A stretch of 47,733 bases of DNA from an uncultured Chthoniobacterales bacterium (GCA_934667795.1 CAKUMP010000001.1:1-47733), one strand, 5' to 3'; counted from the stretch's first letter, positions 10,297 through 18,794 are shown. Numbers and translations are program-made. Notes: generated by a model not told the origin, from the sequence alone.

Positions 10297-10743
10297 ATGA
10301 GCGAAAAACGGAACGTACTGTTCCTGTGCACCGGGAACTCATGTCGCAGTCAGATGGCTGAAGGCTGGACACGTCACCTCAAGGGAGACGCTATCGAGGC
10401 GTATTCAGCCGGAATCGAAACGCACGGGCTCAACCCCAATGCCGTAAAGGTGATGGCGGAGGCCGGGGTGGATATTTCCGCACACAAATCTCAGCACATC
10501 GAAGAGTTCAAGGACGTAAAACTCGACGTGGTGATAACCGTATGCGGGCATGCCCACGAGACCTGTCCGTTCTTTCCGGGCCATGCCAAGGTTATCCATG
10601 TCGGCTTCGGTGATCCTCCAAAGATGGCTAAGGAGCTTGCAGAAAAGGGAGCGTCCGAAGAAGAGCAACTGGATTGCTATCGAAACGTTCGCGACGAGAT
10701 CAAAGCCTTTGTCGAAACCCTGCCGGAAGCATTGAACAAGTAA
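10297..10743 (+). CDS. arsC: Arsenate reductase, LMW-PTP (thioredoxin-coupled) type
   Basis: Has the P-loop LFLCTGNSCRSQMAEGW and the downstream Cys pair CGHAHETCP. Confidence 0.88.
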   Translation: MSEKRNVLFLCTGNSCRSQMAEGWTRHLKGDAIEAYSAGIETHGLNPNAVKVMAEAGVDISAHKSQHIEEFKDVKLDVVITVCGHAHETCPFFPGHAKVIHVGFGDPPKMAKELAEKGASEEEQLDCYRNVRDEIKAFVETLPEALNK

Positions 10744-10755
10744 AGGAGCCAAATC

Positions 10756-11340
10756 ATGACCACGAAAAAAGATGAAAATCATATCCGGGAGCAGGTTCGA
10801 ACCCGCTATTCGGAAATAGCCAAAGAGGAGGGTTCCTGCTGCGAATCGACTCCTTTGGGGAACCCTGAATTCTCAACCCGGCTTGGTTATTCAAACGATG
10901 AATTGTCAGCAGTTCCGGATGGAGCGAACATGGGGCTTGGTTGCGGCAATCCACAGGCAATAGCACAGATGAAGCCGGGAGAGGTTGTTGTTGACCTCGG
11001 GTGCGGAGGAGGTTTCGATTGTTTTCTTGCCGCAAAACAAGTTGGTGAGGCCGGGAAAGTGATCGGTGTCGACATGACTCCTGAAATGCTTGCAAAGGCA
11101 AGAGATAATGCCCGTAAAGGTGATTACACGAATGTGGAGTTCCGGCTGGGAGAAATCGAACACTTGCCGGTCGCCGATATCCTGAAAGAGAAAGGCACAG
11201 ATGCTTTGCCGCTGATATGTGTGGATGACAAATTTGTCAAACGGGCGGTTATCAGTCCATGGATGTGCCCACAGGGCAATCAAACTGAATGGTTGAGGGA
11301 TTTAATGAGAGATAAAGAAACCAAGGGAGTTAAAGTATGA
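10756..11340 (+). pseudogene. Chimeric ORF: N-terminal ~141 aa of arsenite methyltransferase ArsM fused to an ArsD-like C-terminal fragment
   Basis: The ArsM-like part runs up to VEFRLGEIEHLPVAD (SAM motif VVDLGCGGGFD). It then switches abruptly to ILKEKGTDALPLICVDDKFVK, which resembles the ArsD C-terminal region. The junction is near 11178/11179. Confidence 0.5.
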
Positions 11341-12530
11341 AAAACGAAGTTTGTGCGGCGAATGACCGGCATATGACCAGCATCTTTGAAAAATACCTGA
11401 CCGTATGGGTCGGGCTGTGTATTGTGGCCGGAATTCTTCTCGGAAAAATCGCGCCCGGGCTGGCGCGAACACTCGATGGCATGAGTATCAACTTCAATGG
11501 TGCGCCTGTCGTGTCCATTCCGATCGCCATATGCCTGTTCTTCATGATGTATCCCATCATGGTCAAGATCGATTTTGCCAGCGTGGTCAAGGCAGGTAAA
11601 AGTGGGAAACCCGTCTTCCTGACCCTGTTTATCAACTGGTGCGTCAAACCGTTCACCATGTATGCCATCGCCATGTTCTTCTTGGGATTCCTGCTGAAAG
11701 GAATGATTGGAACCGAAGCGTTGGATCTGGTAAAAATTCCTTTTGGACTCGACCTGCCTGTCGGAGCGGAACACGGTGCTGGAACAGTGGTTTTGCAGGA
11801 CGGCGTAAAAATGCTTCAGATTCCTCTGTGGCGCAGCTATTTTGCCGGATGTATCTTGCTGGGTATTGCACCCTGTACCGCCATGGTGCTGGTCTGGGGG
11901 TATCTGTCCCGGGGAAATGACGCGCTGACTCTGGTCATGGTTGCCGTCAACTCCCTGACCATGCTGGTCCTCTACGGCGTTCTGGGCGGTTTTCTGCTGG
12001 GCGTAGGCAAATTGCCGGTTCCATGGCAGGCACTATTGCTGTCCGTGGTCATCTATGTGGCCTTGCCGCTGGTCGCCGGGTATTTCTCTCGAAAATGGAT
12101 CATTGGGCACAAGGGCGAAACGTGGTTCAAAGAAAAGTTTCTTCATGTGCTAACGCCGGTAACCATCAGCGCATTGCTGTTGACACTGGTTCTGTTGTTC
12201 AGCTTCAAAGGTGAAACCATTCTGGCCAACCCGCTGACCATTTTGTGGATTTCAATCCCGCTTTTTCTTCAAACTGTCCTCATTTTCGCATTGGGCTATG
12301 GCGCGGCAAAAATCCTCAAACTGAACTACGAAGATGCTGCCCCGGCTGCCATGATCGGTGCCTCCAACCATTTTGAAGTGGCCATTGCCACCGCCGTCAT
12401 GCTGTTCGGCCTTTCATCCGGTGCCGCTCTGGCGACCGTAGTCGGGGTATTGATCGAGGTCCCGGTAATGCTGATGCTGGTTGGTTTCTGCAAGAGAACA
12501 AGCGGTTGGTTCCATACTGAAAAGGCGTAA
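11337..12530 (+). CDS. acr3: ACR3 family arsenite efflux transporter
   Basis: Motifs seen: [21 protein letters not shown]...[19 protein letters not shown]...[11 protein letters not shown]. The ATG overlaps the upstream stop (ATGA). An alternative start lies at 11373. Confidence 0.88.
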   Translation: MKNEVCAANDRHMTSIFEKYLTVWVGLCIVAGILLGKIAPGLARTLDGMSINFNGAPVVSIPIAICLFFMMYPIMVKIDFASVVKAGKSGKPVFLTLFINWCVKPFTMYAIAMFFLGFLLKGMIGTEALDLVKIPFGLDLPVGAEHGAGTVVLQDGVKMLQIPLWRSYFAGCILLGIAPCTAMVLVWGYLSRGNDALTLVMVAVNSLTMLVLYGVLGGFLLGVGKLPVPWQALLLSVVIYVALPLVAGYFSRKWIIGHKGETWFKEKFLHVLTPVTISALLLTLVLLFSFKGETILANPLTILWISIPLFLQTVLIFALGYGAAKILKLNYEDAAPAAMIGASNHFEVAIATAVMLFGLSSGAALATVVGVLIEVPVMLMLVGFCKRTSGWFHTEKA

Positions 12531-12532
12531 CC

Positions 12533-12772
12533 ATGAAAGAATGTTTTGGAACTATATTTTCCGACACTCGCCGACTCGAATACAACCGGGAATACCAAGG
12601 AAAGGTATTCTCGGTGATCGTTAACCACCAACCCATCGCCGTGAAATCGGAGACGATAAAATCAAATCAGGAAGCGTGGCAGAAGTGTTTTAACTGCGAG
12701 TGTTACCAATCCTGCTACGATTTTTCCATGGCGAAACTGCAGTTCAATGCGGCAGTAAAGTCGTCTTGCTGA
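12533..12772 (+). CDS. Small Cys-rich hypothetical protein (79 aa) coupled to acr3
   Basis: The ATG is 2 nt after the acr3 stop. Has a CFNCECYQSCYD cluster plus an N-terminal CFG. Confidence 0.45.
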   Translation: MKECFGTIFSDTRRLEYNREYQGKVFSVIVNHQPIAVKSETIKSNQEAWQKCFNCECYQSCYDFSMAKLQFNAAVKSSC

Positions 12773-12803
12773 GATTCCTGGTTGGTGTAAATTTCTATTG
12801 AAA

Positions 12804-13736
12804 TCATAAACCGCCAGATAACCTCTCTGCCAGCTCCAGGACATCCACCGGCCAGAAGCATTTCGGGCGTGGGTGGTGTACTCGTGGATGTCCGGCCTCA
12901 GGGCGGCAGTTCTTCAGGGATTCGAGCCACTGGGCCGGGATAGCCTCCCGGCCAGACACAGCGCCTGACAACGCTCCACAAATGGCCGCGTTGGTGTCGG
13001 TATCGCCTCCGCGCATGATGGTGTCGACAACACCGGCCTCAAGGCTCGGGGCATGAAGCAGCTGATACAGGGCATTCTGAAAAGCGATCATTACCCAGCC
13101 CTGCTGGTGGACATAGTCCACTGGCGGCTCTTCAGCTGCCTTGTCAATGGTATCCAGCAAAGCGGGTTCAACGGGCATGTCTGCTGCCCACTGCCGGATG
13201 TGCTGGTATAGATCCTTACGGTCACAGCCGGATTGAATGGCGTGGGCAATCCCCATGGCAAACAGCGCGTTGGCCTGCTGGCAGATCAGGTTGGGATGTG
13301 TGAGTGCCGCATCCTGCATTGCCCATTCGGCCACCTGATTCAGTTCAAATCCGGCTCCGAAGATTCCGAGCGGGCTGATCCGCATCATGGCTCCGTTGGC
13401 CTGACTGTCTGGGTTTGGGTTACCACGCAGTCCGGCTGAAATGGTCATGCCGCAATCAAACGGATCTGAACTCAGCCAGTATTGATATTCCTTGCGTGCA
13501 GCCTCCGGATCATAACACCCGATTTTCACCAGCATCCGGGCCAGCAGCAGCGCCATTTCCGAATCATCCGTTGGCTGACCGGCTATGGTGTTCCATGTGC
13601 CACCATCGGCCAGTTTCCGCACGCCTGCCGGGTAGCTGCGGCGGATCTCCTCCGGTGACTGGAACTCGACCAGGCTGCCGAGGGCGTCTCCGGCGAGCTG
13701 GCCAAGGAGGCAACCCTGGGCACGATTAACCGGCAT
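12804..13736 (-). CDS. ADP-ribosylglycohydrolase family protein (ARH/DraG-like)
   Basis: Motifs seen: CLLGQLAGDALGSLVEF, QPTDDSEMAL, MRGGDTDTNAAICGALSGA. The ATG at 13736 overlaps the mcrC stop by 11 nt. The extension to 13820 is unlikely. Confidence 0.85.
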   Translation of the reverse strand: MPVNRAQGCLLGQLAGDALGSLVEFQSPEEIRRSYPAGVRKLADGGTWNTIAGQPTDDSEMALLLARMLVKIGCYDPEAARKEYQYWLSSDPFDCGMTISAGLRGNPNPDSQANGAMMRISPLGIFGAGFELNQVAEWAMQDAALTHPNLICQQANALFAMGIAHAIQSGCDRKDLYQHIRQWAADMPVEPALLDTIDKAAEEPPVDYVHQQGWVMIAFQNALYQLLHAPSLEAGVVDTIMRGGDTDTNAAICGALSGAVSGREAIPAQWLESLKNCRPEAGHPRVHHPRPKCFWPVDVLELAERLSGGL

Positions 13737-14916
13737 AAGACACCCCCAGAACCTGTAAAAGCTGTTCCCGGATTTCCTTTGCCGTCGCTCCGAGATCAAC
13801 AGTGGCAAATCGAATTTCATGGTTCTGGATCATGACCGCCTCGTTAACCATATCGCCTACCGATGGGTGAAGGAGCAGACCCGAGGCTTTTTCGGCGAGA
13901 GGGTCACCATTACCTTCCTGAGACCTCAAATAGGCGTAAATCTGATAGATGTATCCGCTGCGCAGTGTTTCTTCCCGATACCAGCCTCGTGTCACAACGG
14001 AGTTGAACTTCGTGTCAATGACGATACGGCGTCCCGCGTCGGAGTGGTCGAGGATGATGTCGGTTCGCATAGAGGGGAGGATCTTATCTATGCCCAGACT
14101 CTTGCTTTCAATCTGCCAGTTAATTGTTTTGCCCGAATCGACGCGCCAGCCTCTTTTGGAAAGCACGACATCATAGAAACCGGCGATCCCTTTCTCGTAA
14201 AGCTTCCGAATCCAGGTAATTTCTCTATCTGGCAACGACAATTGCTTTGCGCCTGCGGCCTCTGTAGGCAGGGCGAGATTAAAGGCCAGATGGGCCGCAG
14301 CAACCATAGGCTGATCATCTGCATCGTGTCTTCCAAAGCGGTCGATGGAAACTTCGCCACGATTCGGACGTTCCCCGGTTACGCCCATGCGTCTTAAGCT
14401 TGCCGCCAACGACCGACATCGGTGTGCCAGCGTCCCCTGGAGAACGATTTTGGATATTTCCTCTAGGGCCGTCCGTACATAGCGGTTTCGGGCTGTATCG
14501 ATGGTCAATTCATGGAATCGACAGGCAACCTTTCCACGATCCAGTAATCGATGCCTCTCTGTGTTCAGGAGGTCGATGCGCCCGCGCACGCGGCCAAGAA
14601 CAGCCTCACGCGATTGGTAGTCATAACTCAAGTTGCGCTGAATACGACGCTCGACGCGACGGCAAAGCATCTCTGCGACCAGGTCAGGTATGTCATCAGG
14701 GTTATCCTCTACGGCGACCTTCGCCTTTTCGAGATCCCTGAACAAATCCGAAGCGTACAGCATGAGCAGCCAAAGGTTGCGCACCGGGATGCGGCCTATT
14801 CGGCCAATCCCTTCATGGGCGTCTGATATCAAGTTGGCCGCAGCAAGTGTCACGATCAGAATCCTTCCAGCAAGCGTTCTCTCACCTTCTGGGATTTCTC
14901 GAGCGCATCGAACCAA
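13726..14916 (-). CDS. mcrC: McrC-like PD-(D/E)xK nuclease subunit of a McrBC-type restriction system
   Basis: Has McrC family architecture, with a nuclease core (MRTDIILDHSDAGRRIVIDTKFN...GYIYQIYAYL). It immediately follows mcrB. An alternative GTG start at 14853 lies 2 nt after the mcrB stop. Confidence 0.8.
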   Translation of the reverse strand: MVRCAREIPEGERTLAGRILIVTLAAANLISDAHEGIGRIGRIPVRNLWLLMLYASDLFRDLEKAKVAVEDNPDDIPDLVAEMLCRRVERRIQRNLSYDYQSREAVLGRVRGRIDLLNTERHRLLDRGKVACRFHELTIDTARNRYVRTALEEISKIVLQGTLAHRCRSLAASLRRMGVTGERPNRGEVSIDRFGRHDADDQPMVAAAHLAFNLALPTEAAGAKQLSLPDREITWIRKLYEKGIAGFYDVVLSKRGWRVDSGKTINWQIESKSLGIDKILPSMRTDIILDHSDAGRRIVIDTKFNSVVTRGWYREETLRSGYIYQIYAYLRSQEGNGDPLAEKASGLLLHPSVGDMVNEAVMIQNHEIRFATVDLGATAKEIREQLLQVLGVSYAG

Positions 14917-17063
14917 TATTCATCGAGCAACGGACCGATCTCGGTATCAATCACCTGACGGAACCATTCCCGAGCATCACTGATGGGAATACCGAACGGC
15001 GGTGTGACATAGCTGTGCCCCACTCGGAACTGAGGCCCGAGACCGGTGTCGGCTGAAATCTCGCTGTTCAGGGCAATGAGACGCTTCTCAATTTCGACAA
15101 GGATTTCTGAATCAATACCGCACTGGGATTGAACCCAATCATGCCAAGGTTTGCCGAGCGTGGGTTCCAGATCGATGAAGGCAAAACGGCGACGCAACGC
15201 CAGATCTACCAAGGCGAGGGAGCGGTCTGCAATATTCATCGTACCGATGACATAGAGATTGTCCGGGATGAATACACGCTCGCCATCTGACCGTTTATAG
15301 GAAAGCTCCAGGGCCTCATTCGGCGTTCTCTTGTCGACCTCGAGGAGCGTTAGCATCTCGCCGAAAATCTGTGCGGGATTCCCGCGATTGATCTCTTCAA
15401 TGACGACGACATGTCTTGCCGTTGGATCTTTTGCGGCGGCCTTCATCATCTCCACAAAAGGCCCATCCACCAGCGTGAGCTTTCCGTCTCCCACCGGCCG
15501 CCATCCACGAATGAAATCCTCGTAGGAAAGGTTCGGATGAAACTGCACCGCTCGGACTTTACTGTCGTCGCGTTGCCCCATCAAAGCGAAAGCCAATCGC
15601 TTGGCCAGCCAGGTCTTTCCTGTGCCCGGCGGCCCCTGGAGGATCAGGTTTTTCTTGGTCCGAAGGCGCTCGAGAATCTTTTCGAGTTTTTCACGGGCGA
15701 TAAAACATCCATCCGTCAGAATGTCATCGACGGAGTACGGTTCGATGGGTGCAGCCGTGACCTCTGCCTCGGATGTGGCATCCGCTTCGTCATCCTGTGC
15801 ATCAGGATCTGTGGCATTCGGGTAGGGGGATGTCCCACTATCCTTGAAAAGCCAGGCGGCAAGTGACAGCTCCGGAAATGAGTGGACGGGATACGCATCC
15901 TCCTGGAAACGAGCCTCAAGGGTGTCCAGCACCGTCAGATAATCAGTGGCGTTGCAGCGGTCTTTGGGGCTGTTCATGCCAATCTGAATGTTGAGCTTCT
16001 TGCTGATGTAACGCTGGGACTGACCATCAAGGGTCGGGAAATTCCAGGGACGAATCCAGTACAGCCCCATGGTAAGGTTCCACCCCACATTATAGCGCTG
16101 CGTCGCGTTGTCGTAGGCTGAGACAAATGCCGACCGTGCCTCCGCGTCATCCGATTCCGCAAAAGCAATCGCCTGGACGAAAACTTCCCAGAGGGTTTCG
16201 ATGTCATCTGGTTGGCGTTTGTTGTCGAACCCGAAAAACCATGACTTCTGATTGTTGAGAATGGGAATTCCTTCAAACGAGTCTGGAACAGGCTCGGACA
16301 CTCCAAGCAGATTGGCAAGTTCGCTCGCAATAGCTTTGCGATTTGCATCGGTAATCCTCCGGTTGAATATGCCCATAGCCGTAAATGGGCAGATGTCCTT
16401 CAGGGGGCCAGAGGTACCATCCGCGAATTGATCCTGCAGGTTGGAGAGGCCATCCACCTTCGAGGCAATAACGTGGATTCCGGCAATCAGCTCATCTCGC
16501 CGATTCCGAAAGGTAAGGAGTTTCTCTGCTACAGCCTCGTAAAAGCGGGTCCAGTTGAAACGGCGCTTGTCGATAGCGCTATCACCGAAGCGTTCACGCC
16601 AGTAAGGGGCATTGCGGAATCGGTTAATGTCTTGCGCCTTTTCCTCGAAAGTGAAGCCGATCAAAGCATCTGTGGTCCAGTCGCCAGGCAAGACCCGCCA
16701 GACCGTGCTTCGATTGGTGTAGAAGTACCACTCACGCGGAGGATCGAAAGGTTTCCAGTCAACCTTCAAGGTGCGGCCGTCGCCGAGATTCTCTTTTACC
16801 GTGCCAATGGCTTTGATCGCCATGACGGAAACGGTTTGGCCTCGGTTATCAAATGGGAGATCGTGCTTCCGCGTATAGGACGACTTGATCGCAATGCGGT
16901 CACCCACCTGGATGGACTTCACTGCGTCGAGATATTTGTCCTGATACCCATTTTCCCAAATGCCTTCCTGCAGAAAGCGGGGGGTCTGATCGTCTGTTCC
17001 GCCGTATGTGGCTCCGACAAACCAACAGGCTCGGGCTCCGGCCCCTTCAGGTTTTGAATTCAT
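14856..17063 (-). CDS. mcrB: McrB-like AAA+ GTPase with a long (~470 aa) non-canonical N-terminal region
   Basis: Motifs seen: LILQGPPGTGKTW, VQFHPNLSYEDFIRGWRP, VVVIEEINRGNPAQIFGEMLTLLE, GTMNIADRSLALVDLALRRRFAF. Confidence 0.85.
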   Translation of the reverse strand: MNSKPEGAGARACWFVGATYGGTDDQTPRFLQEGIWENGYQDKYLDAVKSIQVGDRIAIKSSYTRKHDLPFDNRGQTVSVMAIKAIGTVKENLGDGRTLKVDWKPFDPPREWYFYTNRSTVWRVLPGDWTTDALIGFTFEEKAQDINRFRNAPYWRERFGDSAIDKRRFNWTRFYEAVAEKLLTFRNRRDELIAGIHVIASKVDGLSNLQDQFADGTSGPLKDICPFTAMGIFNRRITDANRKAIASELANLLGVSEPVPDSFEGIPILNNQKSWFFGFDNKRQPDDIETLWEVFVQAIAFAESDDAEARSAFVSAYDNATQRYNVGWNLTMGLYWIRPWNFPTLDGQSQRYISKKLNIQIGMNSPKDRCNATDYLTVLDTLEARFQEDAYPVHSFPELSLAAWLFKDSGTSPYPNATDPDAQDDEADATSEAEVTAAPIEPYSVDDILTDGCFIAREKLEKILERLRTKKNLILQGPPGTGKTWLAKRLAFALMGQRDDSKVRAVQFHPNLSYEDFIRGWRPVGDGKLTLVDGPFVEMMKAAAKDPTARHVVVIEEINRGNPAQIFGEMLTLLEVDKRTPNEALELSYKRSDGERVFIPDNLYVIGTMNIADRSLALVDLALRRRFAFIDLEPTLGKPWHDWVQSQCGIDSEILVEIEKRLIALNSEISADTGLGPQFRVGHSYVTPPFGIPISDAREWFRQVIDTEIGPLLDEYWFDALEKSQKVRERLLEGF

Positions 17064-17079
17064 ATCCAGGTTTCCATTA

Positions 17080-17550
17080 TTATTTTCCTTCCCCGGTTAA
17101 CAGAGCGTCCTCATCAATCTCGAACAAATCCGGTGTGGAGCGGTGGACGCCGATGCCGTGTTCCATCAACAGCATCACGAGTTGTTCACCGTTCATAAGG
17201 GCGATGGGAGTCTTGTCGAGATCTTTTGCGGCTTGCTCAAAATCACGGATGCGAGCGGCATTCTTGCCGACATTCGGTTCCTGGCGGCAAAGCACGGCGC
17301 GGCCAAGATTTTCAATGGTGTGTTCCTTGCCATGATGGAAGATGGCAACATCCACTTTTTTGCGCCCACCGATGGAGAAATCCGGCTCCATGTCCTCTGG
17401 CGAGAATCCGTATTCATGGATCAGGGCGCGAACAATCCTCTGGCGCACCAGCTCTTTCTTCGTTTCCTTGACCTGTTTGCCGGAAACGTAGTCGAGCGTA
17501 TATCCCGCCGGGATGGTGTTCTCGGCCTGCTTATTCTTCTTTTTGCTCAT
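17080..17550 (-). CDS. Small restriction-endonuclease-like protein: HsdR_N-like N-terminus plus a Mrr-like C-terminal tail, catalytic motif apparently degenerate
   Basis: The N-terminal part (LVRQRIVRALIHEYGFSPEDM...KKVDVAIF) resembles the type I HsdR N-terminal domain. The expected ExK position reads LCRQ. The C-terminus (IALMNGEQLVMLLMEHGIGV) resembles the end of Mrr proteins. It ends 16 nt upstream of the mcrB start. Confidence 0.5.
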   Translation of the reverse strand: MSKKKNKQAENTIPAGYTLDYVSGKQVKETKKELVRQRIVRALIHEYGFSPEDMEPDFSIGGRKKVDVAIFHHGKEHTIENLGRAVLCRQEPNVGKNAARIRDFEQAAKDLDKTPIALMNGEQLVMLLMEHGIGVHRSTPDLFEIDEDALLTGEGK

Positions 17551-17578
17551 ATAAAAACTCCGTTCACCGAGGCTGAGG

Positions 17579-17784
17579 TCATTTCTGGTCGCCCTCGCCG
17601 AAATCTTGGGTTGTGTGTTTCTGTTGCTCTATCCATGCGTCGATGTCTTTTCGGGAAAATCGCCACTGGCCTCGGACCTTGAAAGCAGGTAGTTCCCCGG
17701 CCTGGGCCATGGAGTAGACCGTCTTTTCGCCGACCTTAAGTAAGGCGCGACGTCTTTTAATTTCAGAACCTCTTCATTGCTCAT
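17579..17784 (-). pseudogene. Excisionase/MerR-type HTH (HTH_17-like) gene with a 1-nt frameshift
   Basis: The minus strand reads ATG..MSNEEVLKLKDVAPYL in one frame. It continues as LKVGEKTVYSMAQAGELPAFKVRGQWRFSRKDIDAWIEQQK..* in another. The shift is at CCTTACTTAAGGTC, around 17735-17745. Confidence 0.6.
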
Positions 17785-17948
17785 GTCGCCTCTCCTGCAG
17801 GGCTGTTGGCCGTCAGGGCACAGTGCCAGAACAGGGGTAAGTTACCTGCCTCTGAGTAAAAATCAACCAGAATATACCAAATTACGCCAAAGAATGCCAG
17901 AAGAATTTTGTGTTGCAAAACACTAAACAGCGAGGTATATTAGACGCT

Positions 17949-18299
17949 ATGAAAAACTTTGGTGAAACACTCCGCGACCTTCGGGTTGCTCAAGACCTCG
18001 GCCTGCGCGAGACGGCGACCAAGGTAGGCATTTCCCCTGCCTATCTGAGCCGCATCGAACGTGGCAAGGAGCGTCCGCCAAGGCCAGAGGTGATAAAGGA
18101 ACTGGCCAAGGTACTGGCGGCCGATCCCGACGTACTGTTCCGTTTGTCCTCGTCCACGGACCCGGAAGTCGTCGACTACCTTCATGACCAACCCGAGGTC
18201 ATGAATTTGCTCCGCTACATAAAGGAAGCCAACTTTACCGAGGATGAGATCAAGAGCCTCATCCAGGCAGCCGAAAGCATCAAGGCCAACACTCATTAG
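17949..18299 (+). CDS. XRE-family helix-turn-helix transcriptional regulator
   Basis: Motif seen: LRDLRVAQDLGLRETATKVGISPAYLSRIERGKERP. It is divergent from the mcr operon. The ATG at 17949 is preferred over the GTG at 17910. Confidence 0.8.
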   Translation: MKNFGETLRDLRVAQDLGLRETATKVGISPAYLSRIERGKERPPRPEVIKELAKVLAADPDVLFRLSSSTDPEVVDYLHDQPEVMNLLRYIKEANFTEDEIKSLIQAAESIKANTH

Positions 18300-18518
18300 C
18301 CCCGCCACTCCCGGTCAATTCGTTCCCCATTTGTAACCCGAGCCATTCTGTAAATCCACACTGCAATTGAAGCGTTCCGGCATCCAGCGGCCACCATCAC
18401 CCGCTGGTACATGCTGTGCCCGCCGGGCCGAAAGCCTTCCAGCCGGTCGATGGGCGGTAGATCGCGCTGAGGATCGGTGAAGGTCACCAGTTCCCCATGG
18501 ATCAGATCCCAGTCGCTC
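18296..18518 (-). pseudogene. C-terminal remnant of a gamma-glutamylcyclotransferase (GGCT/AIG2-like) gene
   Basis: The segment IHGELVTF...LPPIDRLEGF...YQRVMV...AVWIYRM matches the C-terminal half of the AIG2/GGCT fold. The N-terminal 68 codons of the annotated ORF are only a translation of the heptad repeat array. Confidence 0.55.
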
Positions 18519-18714
18519 GATTGTTGATTGTTGATTGCGGAATGCGGATTGTTGATTGGGGATTGCTGATTGGGGATTGCTGATTGGGGATTGCTGATTG
18601 GGGATTGTTGATTGGGGATTGCTGATTGGGGATTGCTGATTGGGGATTGCTGATTGAGGATTGTTGATTGGGGATTGCTGATTGGGGATTGTGGGATTGT
18701 GGGATTGTGGGATT
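18519..18714. repeat. About 28 tandem heptads (GATTGNN; 14-mer GATTGGGGATTGCT), left flank of four-helix-bundle cassette 2
   Basis: Read directly. The segment 18533-18550 (GATTGCGGAATGCGGATT) is the inverted partner (17/18) of 19147-19164. Confidence 0.9.
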
Positions 18715-18794
18715 CAGGCATTTTTCACTCCTATTTTGGTGGTTTCTTTAAATCCGAAGTCGTAAATCCGACCTCCGCAATCTATTTTGCCTCC

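Noticed and set aside
15331-17057. Plus-strand ORFs (up to 209 aa) inside mcrB, and 13819-14397 inside mcrC
   Set aside because: They are antisense to genes with clear McrB/McrC motifs, and no motifs were recognised in them.
18519-18721. Pro/Gln/Ser/Asn-rich repeat domain at the N-terminus of the 141 aa ORF
   Set aside because: The periodic PISNPQS peptide is only the translation of the GATTGGG heptad DNA array that flanks the four-helix-bundle cassette. It is fused by chance to a gene remnant.
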